DNA of 64,000 nt. Source: Nitrospinales bacterium. Its GTDB lineage: Bacteria; Nitrospinota; Nitrospinia; Nitrospinales; VA-1. How positions within the stretch are numbered: position 1 is the stretch's first letter; the number at the start of each line of letters is the position of its first letter. Location of the stretch: the NCBI GenBank assembly GCA_965223345.1, contig CBDCWG010000012.1, positions 2,528,001-2,592,000 on the forward strand, written 5' to 3'. Both the position numbers and the translations under genes were made by a program. Shown piece after piece: positions 1 through 8,550 of the stretch. The notes under the pieces were generated by a model. That model worked only from the letters and a program-made list of their open reading frames with translations, was not told the DNA's origin and made no database searches.

Positions 1-178
1 CAGCATCAAAGTGAAAGGCTTCCTCGACACCGTCAAAGGCGAGGGCGCCTCGCGCGGCATTTTCATCACCACAGGCTACTTTTCCGACGAGGCTTTGCGG
101 ACCATCGACGAGGAGCCGGTGGAGCTGGTCAACATCGTCACGTTCATTTCCTACCTGAAAAAATTCGGCATTTATTAA
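1..178 (+). CDS. 3' end of Mrr-type restriction endonuclease domain protein (partial)
   Basis: Frame 2 reads ...GASRGIFITTGYFSDEALRTIDEEPVELVN...IY*, resembling the Mrr catalytic C-terminal GIFITT..F...A...IELID pattern; truncated by window edge. Confidence 0.7.
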   Translation, partial: SIKVKGFLDTVKGEGASRGIFITTGYFSDEALRTIDEEPVELVNIVTFISYLKKFGIY

Positions 179-410
179 GCCCGGCATAGCGGAGCCTTCC
201 GGCACGCCGGCTTGCACCCCCTTTTGCACGGGTCCCATGAAAACCCTTGAAAATCGGCCTGATGCCGCTGACTGGCGCACCGGTGCGTGCGAAAAACCGC
301 CCCTGTCCGCAAAACCGCGCGGACCTTGAGCCTCAGCGCAGGCGGGGCCGCGAAAAACGAGGGAAACTATCCAATTTTCAAGGAACTAATCCTGTGTTAC
401 CATAAATTTA

Positions 411-1283
411 ATGAAAATTTGCGATATCCTAGACAGCGACCGCCCCACGTTCTCGTTTGAGTTTTTTCCTCCCAAGAAGGAAGAGGGGTTTTCTCAATTG
501 TTTGAGACGATCGGCAATCTGAGAAAGTGGAATCCCGGTTATGTTTCCGTCACTTACGGAGCGGGCGGCAGCACCCGCAGCAAGACCATCGATCTGGTGG
601 GCCGCATCAAGCAGGACCACGGCCTGGAGAGCATGGCGCACTTGACCTGTGTCGGGCACAATGCGGATGAAATCCGGGCGGTCCTGGACCAGCTTAAGGA
701 AAAGGGGATCGACAACGTCCTGGCGCTGCGCGGCGACCCGCCGGCGGGAGCAGAGCGGTTCGAGAAACCGGAAAACGGCTTTGGCTTCGGCAACGAGCTG
801 GTGGCCTACATTCGCAAAAACTACTCGTTCTGCCTGGGTGTGGCGGGGTATCCCGAAGGACACGTCGAATGCGCCGACAAGAACCGCGACCTGGAGAACC
901 TGAAGCGCAAGGTCGATGCGGGGGCGGATTTTGTGGTCACCCAGCTTTTTTTCGACAACCGGCATTATTTCGAGTTCGTGGAGCGGGCGCGCAAGGCGGG
1001 CATCGCCATTCCGATCATCCCCGGAATCATGCCGGTGATCAACGCGAACCAGACGAAAAAGTTCACCAAGATGTGCGGGGCCTCGTTGCCCGATGCGCTG
1101 CTCAAACGCATGGAGCCGGTTTCGGAGGACAACCAGGCCGTGAGCGACATCGGCATCGAACACGCGACGCGTCAGTGTGAGGAGCTCGTGAAAAACGGGG
1201 TGCCCGGAATTCATTTTTACACGCTCAACCGGTCCAAGGCCACCCTGGCGATTCTGGAAAACTTAAAACTCAGGGTGGTGTGA
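411..1283 (+). CDS. metF: Methylenetetrahydrofolate reductase
   Basis: FSFEFFPPK, SVTYGAGGS, AHLTC, LALRGDPP, VAGYPEGH, TQLFFDN, IHFYTLN motifs. Confidence 0.97.
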   Translation: MKICDILDSDRPTFSFEFFPPKKEEGFSQLFETIGNLRKWNPGYVSVTYGAGGSTRSKTIDLVGRIKQDHGLESMAHLTCVGHNADEIRAVLDQLKEKGIDNVLALRGDPPAGAERFEKPENGFGFGNELVAYIRKNYSFCLGVAGYPEGHVECADKNRDLENLKRKVDAGADFVVTQLFFDNRHYFEFVERARKAGIAIPIIPGIMPVINANQTKKFTKMCGASLPDALLKRMEPVSEDNQAVSDIGIEHATRQCEELVKNGVPGIHFYTLNRSKATLAILENLKLRVV

Positions 1284-1326
1284 AAACCGCGGCCCTTTTT
1301 CATCAAATCAGCTGATCCCGGAACCC

Positions 1327-2091
1327 GTGCCGTCAATCCTCTCAGTCCTGCTAGCCCTGTGTGTGCTGTTTTCGGCGCAGCCGTCCCATTCCATAGACGG
1401 GAGCGACAACCACGTGACCGACGACATGGTGCTCATACCGGCGGGCACGTTCAAACGGGGCTGCGACCGGTTCGGTCAGCAGCATGGAGCGCCCGCGCAT
1501 CCGGTTTACCTCGATGCGTTCATGATTGATAAATTCGAAGTCACCAATCAGCGCTACGAACAGGTGATTCCGGAGCACCGGCTGCGCAGGAGCCAGTTTT
1601 CCCACTGCGATCACTGTCCGGTGACCAAGGTCAGCTGGTACGAGGCGGCGGACTACTGTCACCTGCTCGGCAAATCCCTCCCCAGCGAAGCCCAGTGGGA
1701 AAAAGCGGCGAGCAACGGCGACGGCTGCCAGTTTCCCTGGGGCCACGAGTTCGACCCGGAAAAAAACCAGGCGCGCGGCGCGGTGAAGCTGAAAGACAAG
1801 GCCCGTCCCGTGGGCAGCTATCCTCCGAACGACAAGGGGCTCTACGACGTGGCGGGCAATGCCTGGGAGTGGGTCAGCGACTGGTTTTCCATCCGCTACT
1901 ATTTCCGCGAAATCATGTACAATCCACGTGGGCCGCGCAACGGCATGATGAAGGTGCGCCGCGGCGGGGCGTGGTCGGACAGCGTGATCGCCATGCGAAC
2001 GGGCTACCGCGACTGGAGCTATCCCTTTTCGCGCGGATTCAACGACATCGGTTTTCGCTGCGCCATCAACCTGAAAAAGAACTCGGAGTGA
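1327..2091 (+). CDS. Secreted formylglycine-generating-enzyme (SUMF1/FGE-sulfatase) domain protein
   Basis: Signal peptide; MVLIPAG, DKFEVTN, LPSEAQWEKAA, GLYDVAGNAWEW, RGGAW, GFRCA. Confidence 0.9.
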   Translation: MPSILSVLLALCVLFSAQPSHSIDGSDNHVTDDMVLIPAGTFKRGCDRFGQQHGAPAHPVYLDAFMIDKFEVTNQRYEQVIPEHRLRRSQFSHCDHCPVTKVSWYEAADYCHLLGKSLPSEAQWEKAASNGDGCQFPWGHEFDPEKNQARGAVKLKDKARPVGSYPPNDKGLYDVAGNAWEWVSDWFSIRYYFREIMYNPRGPRNGMMKVRRGGAWSDSVIAMRTGYRDWSYPFSRGFNDIGFRCAINLKKNSE

Positions 2092-2092
2092 C

Positions 2093-2827
2093 ATGGTCTA
2101 TTCGGCGAAGGTGGAGTACATCGGCAGGCTGATCGACGAATGCCTGTCCGAAGACGGCGATTCGCTGGAGCTGAACGGCAAGTTCATCGGCGATGAAGGA
2201 GTGGAAGCGCTGGTGCAGTCCGAGAAGCTCAAGCAGGTGCAGAATCTGGATCTGACGCGCAATTCCCTCACGCACAAAAGCGCGCCGCATCTGGTCAAGT
2301 GCCCGCATCTCACCAAGCTCAAGCGCCTGTATCTCGGCGAGAACACGCTTTCCGACAGGGGGATCGCGCAGATCGCCCAGGCGCCGTTCGTGGAGAACCT
2401 GGCGCAGTTCGATGTGCGGTTCAACGACATGGGCAAGACCGGCGGCATGGCGATCGCGAATTCGGAGCTGTTCAAACGGCTTCAGGTGCTGATCCTGCAG
2501 GAAAACCCGGTCGGCGATGAAACCCTCATCACCATCGCCAAATCCGCCACGTTTGCGAATCTTAGAAAGCTCAACTTCTACCGCACCGACATCTCGGTCA
2601 AGGGTGTGAAGATCCTGGCCAAATCCAAGGTGCTCAAGCGCCTCAAGTACCTCAATCTCGCGCGCAATTACCTCTACCTGGATGCGGCGAAAGCGCTCGC
2701 CGACACCAAAACGCTGACCAACATCGAGACCCTCCTCATGTTCGATACGGGCATCGGCGACGACGGCGTGAAAGCCATTATGGAGTCCGCATCGTTCTCC
2801 AAGCTCAAGACCTTCCGCGTGACCTGA
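2093..2827 (+). CDS. Leucine-rich repeat protein
   Basis: ~28-aa LxxLxLxxNxIxxxG repeats; starts 2 nt after the upstream stop. Confidence 0.88.
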   Translation: MVYSAKVEYIGRLIDECLSEDGDSLELNGKFIGDEGVEALVQSEKLKQVQNLDLTRNSLTHKSAPHLVKCPHLTKLKRLYLGENTLSDRGIAQIAQAPFVENLAQFDVRFNDMGKTGGMAIANSELFKRLQVLILQENPVGDETLITIAKSATFANLRKLNFYRTDISVKGVKILAKSKVLKRLKYLNLARNYLYLDAAKALADTKTLTNIETLLMFDTGIGDDGVKAIMESASFSKLKTFRVT

Positions 2828-3087
2828 TCCGCCCCGCATCCCACAGGTTGGGCTGCCAGAAGGTAAAATCCTCGCCAACGTCATTCCTATAATTGTTCGA
2901 GCGGCGCGCCCGCAAAAGCGCTGTATTTCCCTTAACCATTGAAAACAGGGCGAATATGCCCGTTCCGAAGCGGGGTGAAACCGCCACTTAAGCGTTGAAT
3001 CTTCAGATTCAAACCTTCTACAATGATGGGGACAAAACGGATAGCGGTGGGGGTCAATTCGGAGGGCAACTCATCTGAGAGGTGGTC

Positions 3088-3471
3088 ATGAAATATCTAC
3101 TGTATATCCTGATTTTGATTTTTGCCTCGGTTTCCCCGGCGTTTGCCGACGGGGAGGTTGTGGAGGATACGGAGACCATTCCGCAGGAATTCAAGATCGA
3201 CGAAAAGCTGTATCGGGAAAGCATCGGCAACGACGGCTACTACCAGGGCGGATTTTACGCGGAAGAGAAGAACGGGCTGGGCGCGATCTATTACAGCAGC
3301 ACGGCGCACCGCAGGGACTTCGGCTTTGTGCCGGGGATCGTGGTTCTCGACCGTCAGGTCATCCCCCTCAATTTCATCTCACCGTTATTCCGGACGTTCG
3401 GTCTGGGACCGGGTTTCTTCCCCAGCACCTTCGGATTTCGATTCGGGGGCCTGCATTTTCATTATCGCTGA
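3088..3471 (+). CDS. Hypothetical secreted protein with Gly/Phe-rich C-terminus
   Basis: GAGG upstream; MKYLLYILILIFASVSPAFA signal peptide with AxA site. Confidence 0.7.
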   Translation: MKYLLYILILIFASVSPAFADGEVVEDTETIPQEFKIDEKLYRESIGNDGYYQGGFYAEEKNGLGAIYYSSTAHRRDFGFVPGIVVLDRQVIPLNFISPLFRTFGLGPGFFPSTFGFRFGGLHFHYR

Positions 3472-3492
3472 GGCAGCATTCACAGACAAACT

Positions 3493-3533
3493 AAAAAAAC
3501 GGCAGAGAGACGAAACGTCTCCCTGCCGCTTTT
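3493..3533. terminator. Bidirectional intrinsic terminator
   Basis: A7-CGGCAGAGAGACG-AAA-CGTCTCCCTGCCG-CTTTT between convergent genes. Confidence 0.85.
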
Positions 3534-3554
3534 GAATCAGGATTGAATCAATCC

Positions 3555-4799
3555 TTAACGGGGGCTTGCGCCTCCGACATGGGAGATGCTGGTGGCAGCG
3601 CCCACGGCGGTGGTGGAGATGGTGTTGTTGAGCACGGAATCACCCGCGATGGTCACCGTCTGAGCGGAAACATCACCCAGATTCAGGTTCAGCGCTTTAG
3701 AGTGTCCTCTCGAGCGATACCAGCCACCGTAGTAGCTGTCCTCGAAGTGGGAATTGTCGATGGAGAGAGACGCTCCCAGAGCCGAGGTGCTGATCGTGTT
3801 GTCCTTCACTTCGCTGCCGGCCAGGTTGATCGTGGAAGCGCTGACCGGTGCGGCGTTGATGTTGTAGGTTTTCAGGTGAAAACCTTTGGAGCCCGCCGCG
3901 ACGGAGGTCTGAGCGCCGACAGCCTGCGTGTCGATCTTGCTCCACTCGATGTCCTCGCGAGCGAGGGTGAAGGTGTGTGCGCCCACATAACCGGTGTTGA
4001 TGTTTTTGGTGAACGCATGGGTGTAGTTGCCTGCGTTTTCAACGCTGGTCAATGCACCGGCGGCAACGGTGGACACTTCGTTGTCAGCAAAATCGCCACC
4101 CGCATAGGTGAAGGTTTTGGCTTTCACGTCCGCACCGTTGTAGTTGATGGTGAAGAAGCGGTTCTTTTTGCCTTCGCTGAGGATCCCGGTCTGGGCTCCG
4201 ATGGCTGCCGTCTCGATGGTGTTGCCGGAGACATCGTCCGCAGCGAGGGTTTTGGTCATAGCGGAAACCCAGCGGCTTTTGTTCTTGTTGATGGTGAAAA
4301 AGCCGTTGTAGGATTTTTCGCTTTCGATGTCCACCAGAGCGCCGACCGCAGTGGTCTTGATGTTGTTGTTCTGCGCGTCGTCACCGGAGATGGTGATGGT
4401 TTTGGCTTTGACAGACGCGAGGTTGGCGTTGATGGTGTCCAGATCGTTGCCATAGCCTTTGGTCTCGATGGTCGTTTGAGCACCGGCGGCCTGGGTGGTG
4501 ATGTCGTTGTCGTTGACATCATCGTCGTAGGCGAAGGTGAACGTTCCAGCGCGGACGCGGCCTGCGTTCAGGTTCAGCGTGCCCAGATAGTTGCCGCTGT
4601 CGTGATGGAGGATGTCCGTCGTCGCGCCCACAGCACCGGTGTCGATGGTGTTGCCGATGATCTGGTAACCGCTCACGGTCGGCGTGTGCGAACCCACGTA
4701 ACCGAGGTTGATGTTGCCCTGGTAGAAACTGTCCGCCTGAGCGGAACCGGCGAAGCCTACCAGCAATACCGCCAATGTGGTGAAAATTTTCTTTGTCAT
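3555..4799 (-). CDS. Secreted beta-repeat protein, HfaD-like/amyloid-like (414 aa)
   Basis: Likely start ATG 4799 (GGAG RBS, signal peptide MTKKIFTTLAVLLVGFAGSAQA); 8 repeats NxNxxxVxAxT...NxIxTxAxGA; HfaD label is positional and motif inference. Confidence 0.75.
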   Translation of the reverse strand: MTKKIFTTLAVLLVGFAGSAQADSFYQGNINLGYVGSHTPTVSGYQIIGNTIDTGAVGATTDILHHDSGNYLGTLNLNAGRVRAGTFTFAYDDDVNDNDITTQAAGAQTTIETKGYGNDLDTINANLASVKAKTITISGDDAQNNNIKTTAVGALVDIESEKSYNGFFTINKNKSRWVSAMTKTLAADDVSGNTIETAAIGAQTGILSEGKKNRFFTINYNGADVKAKTFTYAGGDFADNEVSTVAAGALTSVENAGNYTHAFTKNINTGYVGAHTFTLAREDIEWSKIDTQAVGAQTSVAAGSKGFHLKTYNINAAPVSASTINLAGSEVKDNTISTSALGASLSIDNSHFEDSYYGGWYRSRGHSKALNLNLGDVSAQTVTIAGDSVLNNTISTTAVGAATSISHVGGASPR

Positions 4800-4881
4800 G
4801 TCCTGCTCCAAAACTAGGGTTGAAATAGCGCACTCATGTGCAGTTTGTTGATCCTTTCTCTTTCCTCTTGCAGGCTTTTGG

Positions 4882-5751
4882 TCAGTAAGAAACCAACTGC
4901 CAGTCTTCCGTGCCGTCAAAAGGCTCGACGGTGTAGCCTTCCGCCACCTGGGGTTTCGATCCATCCTCGACCCCTTCCACTTTTTCGATGATGTGGCTGC
5001 AGGATTTACCCTCGATGTTGTACAAATCGGCGAGCATCTCGTACACGGCCATCTTGAGCATGTTGCGCAGCGCAAAATGAACCGCTTCCCGATGCTGTTC
5101 TCCCAGGTCGATCAGGACCAGGGTGGTGCCGAAAAAGCGGCCGACGTTGCCGCCGATTTCATCCGCGACCAGCTGCTTGAACACGGAGGAGTGGGCGACG
5201 ACTTCGGAGGTTTTGGTGTTGGTCAAAAACAGGTCGAGGCCGATCAGCATCCGGTGCTGCCGGTATTTGGCGCCCGCACCGTACACATTCACGTCCGCGC
5301 CACCGCCGGGAAGAAAGTCCAGGCTGTTGATGGAGCCGGTGATGTGGTAATCGGATTTGACCCAGTTCACTTTACCGCCGAAAGCGGCTTCCAGTTTCAT
5401 GACGCGGGGGTCGCGGCGGTTGACCACCTTGACCATCTGCGATTGCAGCAGGGCGCTCTGCACGATGTCGCCGGCTGCCTGGGTGACGTACTTGCCGTTG
5501 CCGGTGTCCGAGATGGAGAACTTGCCGGTCTCGTCGCTCACGGAACCCACACCGATGCGAGCCTGCTTGCCTCTGTAGGAATCGCTCAGGCAGGAAAGCA
5601 GCTTGTCATACGGGGTCGTGATCTGCGTGACGGCACGGGGACCTTCCGTCAGCGCCATGTTTTCCGAGTGAGGGGTGGTGGCCGCACAACCGGACCCGAG
5701 CGTGATGAGCACGGCAGCCCCGAGGAACTTTTTAATCTTGTGGCTGATCAT
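4882..5751 (-). CDS. CsgG/HfaB-family outer-membrane lipoprotein
   Basis: AAGGAGG RBS; lipobox LGSG-C; TPYDKLLSCL, VGSVSDETGK, VTQAA, VVNR, SDYHITGSINSLDF, IGLDL...TSEVV, KQL, GRFFG motifs. Confidence 0.88.
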   Translation of the reverse strand: MISHKIKKFLGAAVLITLGSGCAATTPHSENMALTEGPRAVTQITTPYDKLLSCLSDSYRGKQARIGVGSVSDETGKFSISDTGNGKYVTQAAGDIVQSALLQSQMVKVVNRRDPRVMKLEAAFGGKVNWVKSDYHITGSINSLDFLPGGGADVNVYGAGAKYRQHRMLIGLDLFLTNTKTSEVVAHSSVFKQLVADEIGGNVGRFFGTTLVLIDLGEQHREAVHFALRNMLKMAVYEMLADLYNIEGKSCSHIIEKVEGVEDGSKPQVAEGYTVEPFDGTEDWQLVSY

Positions 5752-5801
5752 GTGAAATGCCTCCTTATGCATTTTCTAAGAGAGCGAATGGTGTTTCGGG
5801 T

Positions 5802-6185
5802 TTAGTTGTCGATGTGGCCTTCACCGTCTGTGATCTGCGAAGAGACATCGCCATCGTTGTCGGAATCGACTTCGTTGTTGTCGCCTTCGATGTTGATCTG
5901 GTTGCCGATGGCGACGGATTCGCCGTCGTAGTTTTCGCAGGCGCCGGTCACATCGCAGTACTGGGTGTTGTTGTGGGTCCAGAAACTGTTGTTGTTGATG
6001 TTGAAGCCGCCTTCTTCAACGAACTCCATCTCCAGAGCCTGGGCCAGGGCGTTGGCACGCTCCGCTTCGGATTGGAAGCTCCAGCTGTTGTTCCAGTCCG
6101 AGGAGGGGTTGGCGAAAGCCGCACTCGCGTTGAGGAGCAATACGATAACGGCAAGACCCAAAGTTTTTTTCTTGTTGATTTTCAT
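5802..6185 (-). CDS. Small secreted Asn/Asp-rich protein, HfaA-like
   Basis: Signal peptide ending AFA; C-terminal AIGNQINIEGDNNEVDSDNDGDVSSQ resembles the HfaA AIGN..N.G.V motif; first gene of the operon. Confidence 0.72.
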   Translation of the reverse strand: MKINKKKTLGLAVIVLLLNASAAFANPSSDWNNSWSFQSEAERANALAQALEMEFVEEGGFNINNNSFWTHNNTQYCDVTGACENYDGESVAIGNQINIEGDNNEVDSDNDGDVSSQITDGEGHIDN

Positions 6186-6267
6186 TGTTGGACCTCATCT
6201 TTTGAAGTTGTACTGCACTCCTCTCTGGAGCGCTTTATGTTTAAACCCACCGGTTTTTGAACGTGCG

Positions 6268-6321
6268 GCTTAACCAGCTTTGAGACAATCATGCTGTATG
6301 GTTGTCGCAAATCGGTTAAGC
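6268..6321. promoter_or_regulatory. 54-nt imperfect palindrome upstream of the hfa-like operon
   Basis: GCTTAACC-AGC-TTTGAGACAA-TCAT-GCTGT-ATGG-TTGTCGCAAA-TC-GGTTAAGC. Confidence 0.6.
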
Positions 6322-6583
6322 GAAAGTTACGATCGTTTTACAAATCCGTACCCCGAACAGGGTAGTTCCCCGCAAAGATAAAATGGCTCAAACGGGCATA
6401 AACCATATTTTGCAAAGGATTTGCGGTGTGGATCGGAGGCTGTCGAAGCAACAGAGCGTGGGTGAGGCGCGTGGAAAAAATCGGGAAGGGGAGGGGCTGC
6501 GGTGTTTTATCCGGGAAGAACGGTTGAGAGGGGCGGGGGCCCCTCTCCCGTGTCGTTGCGGGGGGACGTCCGAATGAACCGGA

Positions 6584-7642
6584 TCAGGCCTGCTGGATAT
6601 CGGGAGCGGACAGGCTCTGATAGGATTTCCACTCCTGCCACTGCTGATCCACCAGTTTCTTGGCCTGGGCGAAATCGAGGGAATCGATCTTTTCATCCAG
6701 ATCGTTCAGGTTCAGCACCTGCCCGGCCTGGATGCCGTTCATGTTGCCCTCGACGAACGCGTTCACATTGTTCATCCACAGGGCTGCGGCGAAGCGCACC
6801 GCGTCTTTCTTGTCATAGCCCAACCGTTCCGCCAGGCGGAACAGGGATTCGCCTTTGAGGATCTTCACGGTCTTTTGCGCCTTTGCCTGGGGCGCAGCCG
6901 GAGAAGCGGCGACCGTGGCCGGTGCGGCTTTCGGCGTGCGGCTGGCAAACACGATGCGCGGCTTGGACTGCGGCAGCCGGATTTTCTTGTAGTGGCTGAA
7001 CACCTTGCCGGAATACTTCTCCGGCTGGTAGCCGCGGCGCAGGTAGCGGGCCATGAGAGTGGGGCCATGGTTGTAGGCCTCCAGTGCGATCACGATGTCG
7101 CCGAAGCGTTTGAACAGTTTGTCCAGGTAATGGGTGCCGAGCGCGATGTTGGTCTTCGGCTGGAACAGGGTTTTGTGTCCCTTCCAGGGCGTCTTGGTCT
7201 CGTCCGCCAGCGCCTTGCCGGTGCGGGGGCGGATCTGCATCAGTCCGAACGCATCGCGGTTGGAGCGGGCCCAGTTGTTGAAGGAGCTTTCGGTGATGAT
7301 CACGGCGGTCAGGAACATGGGGTCGTAGCCGTACTTCTCGCCCATCTTGTAGATCGCGCGCGGGATCTGCTTGCGCATGTGCTTTTTCAGGCCGGTGCGG
7401 TAGCGGGAGAGGACGTCGGCGATCCGGGCTTCGACGGTGCGCTGGTGATGGCTGGCGGCGGCATGGGAAACGTCCGCGCTCTGTTTCACCTGAAACGGTT
7501 TCTGCAGCAGAACGGAGACCGGCTTGCCGGACTGCTTGCTCAGACCGGATTCCACCGTGGAGGTGAACGGACCCGCGAATGCGATGACCGCCAACGAGAA
7601 CAGGACGTAAACTCTCACAATGTGTTTATCCGAAAACGCCAT
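6584..7642 (-). CDS. Lytic transglycosylase (SLT) fused to FimV-like LysM domain
   Basis: N-terminal TM; AVIITESSFN, GLMQIRP, NIALGTHYL, ALEAYNHG; C-terminal GESLFRLA...ALWMNNVNAFVEGNMNGIQAGQVL. Confidence 0.85.
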   Translation of the reverse strand: MAFSDKHIVRVYVLFSLAVIAFAGPFTSTVESGLSKQSGKPVSVLLQKPFQVKQSADVSHAAASHHQRTVEARIADVLSRYRTGLKKHMRKQIPRAIYKMGEKYGYDPMFLTAVIITESSFNNWARSNRDAFGLMQIRPRTGKALADETKTPWKGHKTLFQPKTNIALGTHYLDKLFKRFGDIVIALEAYNHGPTLMARYLRRGYQPEKYSGKVFSHYKKIRLPQSKPRIVFASRTPKAAPATVAASPAAPQAKAQKTVKILKGESLFRLAERLGYDKKDAVRFAAALWMNNVNAFVEGNMNGIQAGQVLNLNDLDEKIDSLDFAQAKKLVDQQWQEWKSYQSLSAPDIQQA

Positions 7643-7863
7643 CGAACTTTCTCCCTCATGCGTGATTGCGTTGTGTTGGTGAACTGAATATGGGATCAGA
7701 ATATGAAATCAGTCTTACGGGAGGATCGAGGGCAAGTCACAAATTGGAAACAAATCCGGGGAACGGATAACGGCAGGTAACCGGCGGAAAATCAAGGGTT
7801 TTGCGGGCAGGCGGGCGACTCGCCGCCCTGCAGGAAAAGCGTTGAAAAAGCGGCGGTTGCGGG

Positions 7864-8550
7864 TCAGGCGTAGCGGTCGTTCAGCCAGGGCTCGGCGGTG
7901 TTGGAATAGCCTCTCTTCTCCCAGAAGCCGAGCTCGTCCTTGTCACGGAACGAAATCTCACCGATCCATTTCGCCCCTTTCCAGGCGTACAGCTGCGGGG
8001 TGATCATGCGCACCGGGCCGCCGTGGTCGCGGGTGAGAGGATGGCCCTCCCACTGGTGTACCAGCAGCACGTCCTTCTTCATGGCCTGCTCCAGCGGCAG
8101 GTTGGTGGAGTAGCCGTCGAAGGCCTTGATGTAGACGAAGCGGGCGCCGTCCATCAGCTCGCAATGCTCGGCGATGTCGCGGAAGCGCACGCCCACCCAG
8201 CGGTTGTCCAGGCGGCTCCAGGAGGTCACGCAGTGAAAATCGGAAACGTCCTCCACCTGCGGGAACGCCATGAACGCGTCCCAGGTGAAGGTCTCGGGAT
8301 TTTTAACGAACCCCGACACGGTGAGGTTCCAGGTCGTCTCGTCCAGTTCCGGCTGCACCCCCAGGTCCAGCACCGGCCAGTTGGTGGTCACCCGTTGCCC
8401 GGGGGGGATCTTGGGATTGCCGTCGCGGTTCAATTCGCCTTCGCCCATCGGGATTTCTCCCTCCCATTTCTGTTTTTCCTGCAGGGCCTTGCGGTAGGCG
8501 ATGAGTTTTTCCCGGACCTGGATGCGTTTGGAATTGGGGTCGTATTGCAT
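7864..8550 (-). CDS. Molybdopterin-dependent oxidoreductase (sulfite oxidase family, YuiH-like)
   Basis: PPGQ, DFHCVTSWS, YSTNLPL, HGGPVR, YAWKGAKW, GFWEKRGY. Confidence 0.92.
   Translation of the reverse strand: MQYDPNSKRIQVREKLIAYRKALQEKQKWEGEIPMGEGELNRDGNPKIPPGQRVTTNWPVLDLGVQPELDETTWNLTVSGFVKNPETFTWDAFMAFPQVEDVSDFHCVTSWSRLDNRWVGVRFRDIAEHCELMDGARFVYIKAFDGYSTNLPLEQAMKKDVLLVHQWEGHPLTRDHGGPVRMITPQLYAWKGAKWIGEISFRDKDELGFWEKRGYSNTAEPWLNDRYA

Noticed and set aside
200..410. TGACTGGCG upstream of metF, suggesting a ZTP riboswitch
   Set aside because: The 3' CGCCTGGG pseudoknot element is absent; no SAM or SAH consensus seen
4800..5075. N-terminal extension of the 506-aa ORF in the track
   Set aside because: It overlaps the CsgG-like gene; RBS and signal peptide place the start at 4799
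6268..6321. TTAACC half-sites as CtrA boxes
   Set aside because: The TTAA-N7-TTAA spacing is absent and the host does not look alphaproteobacterial
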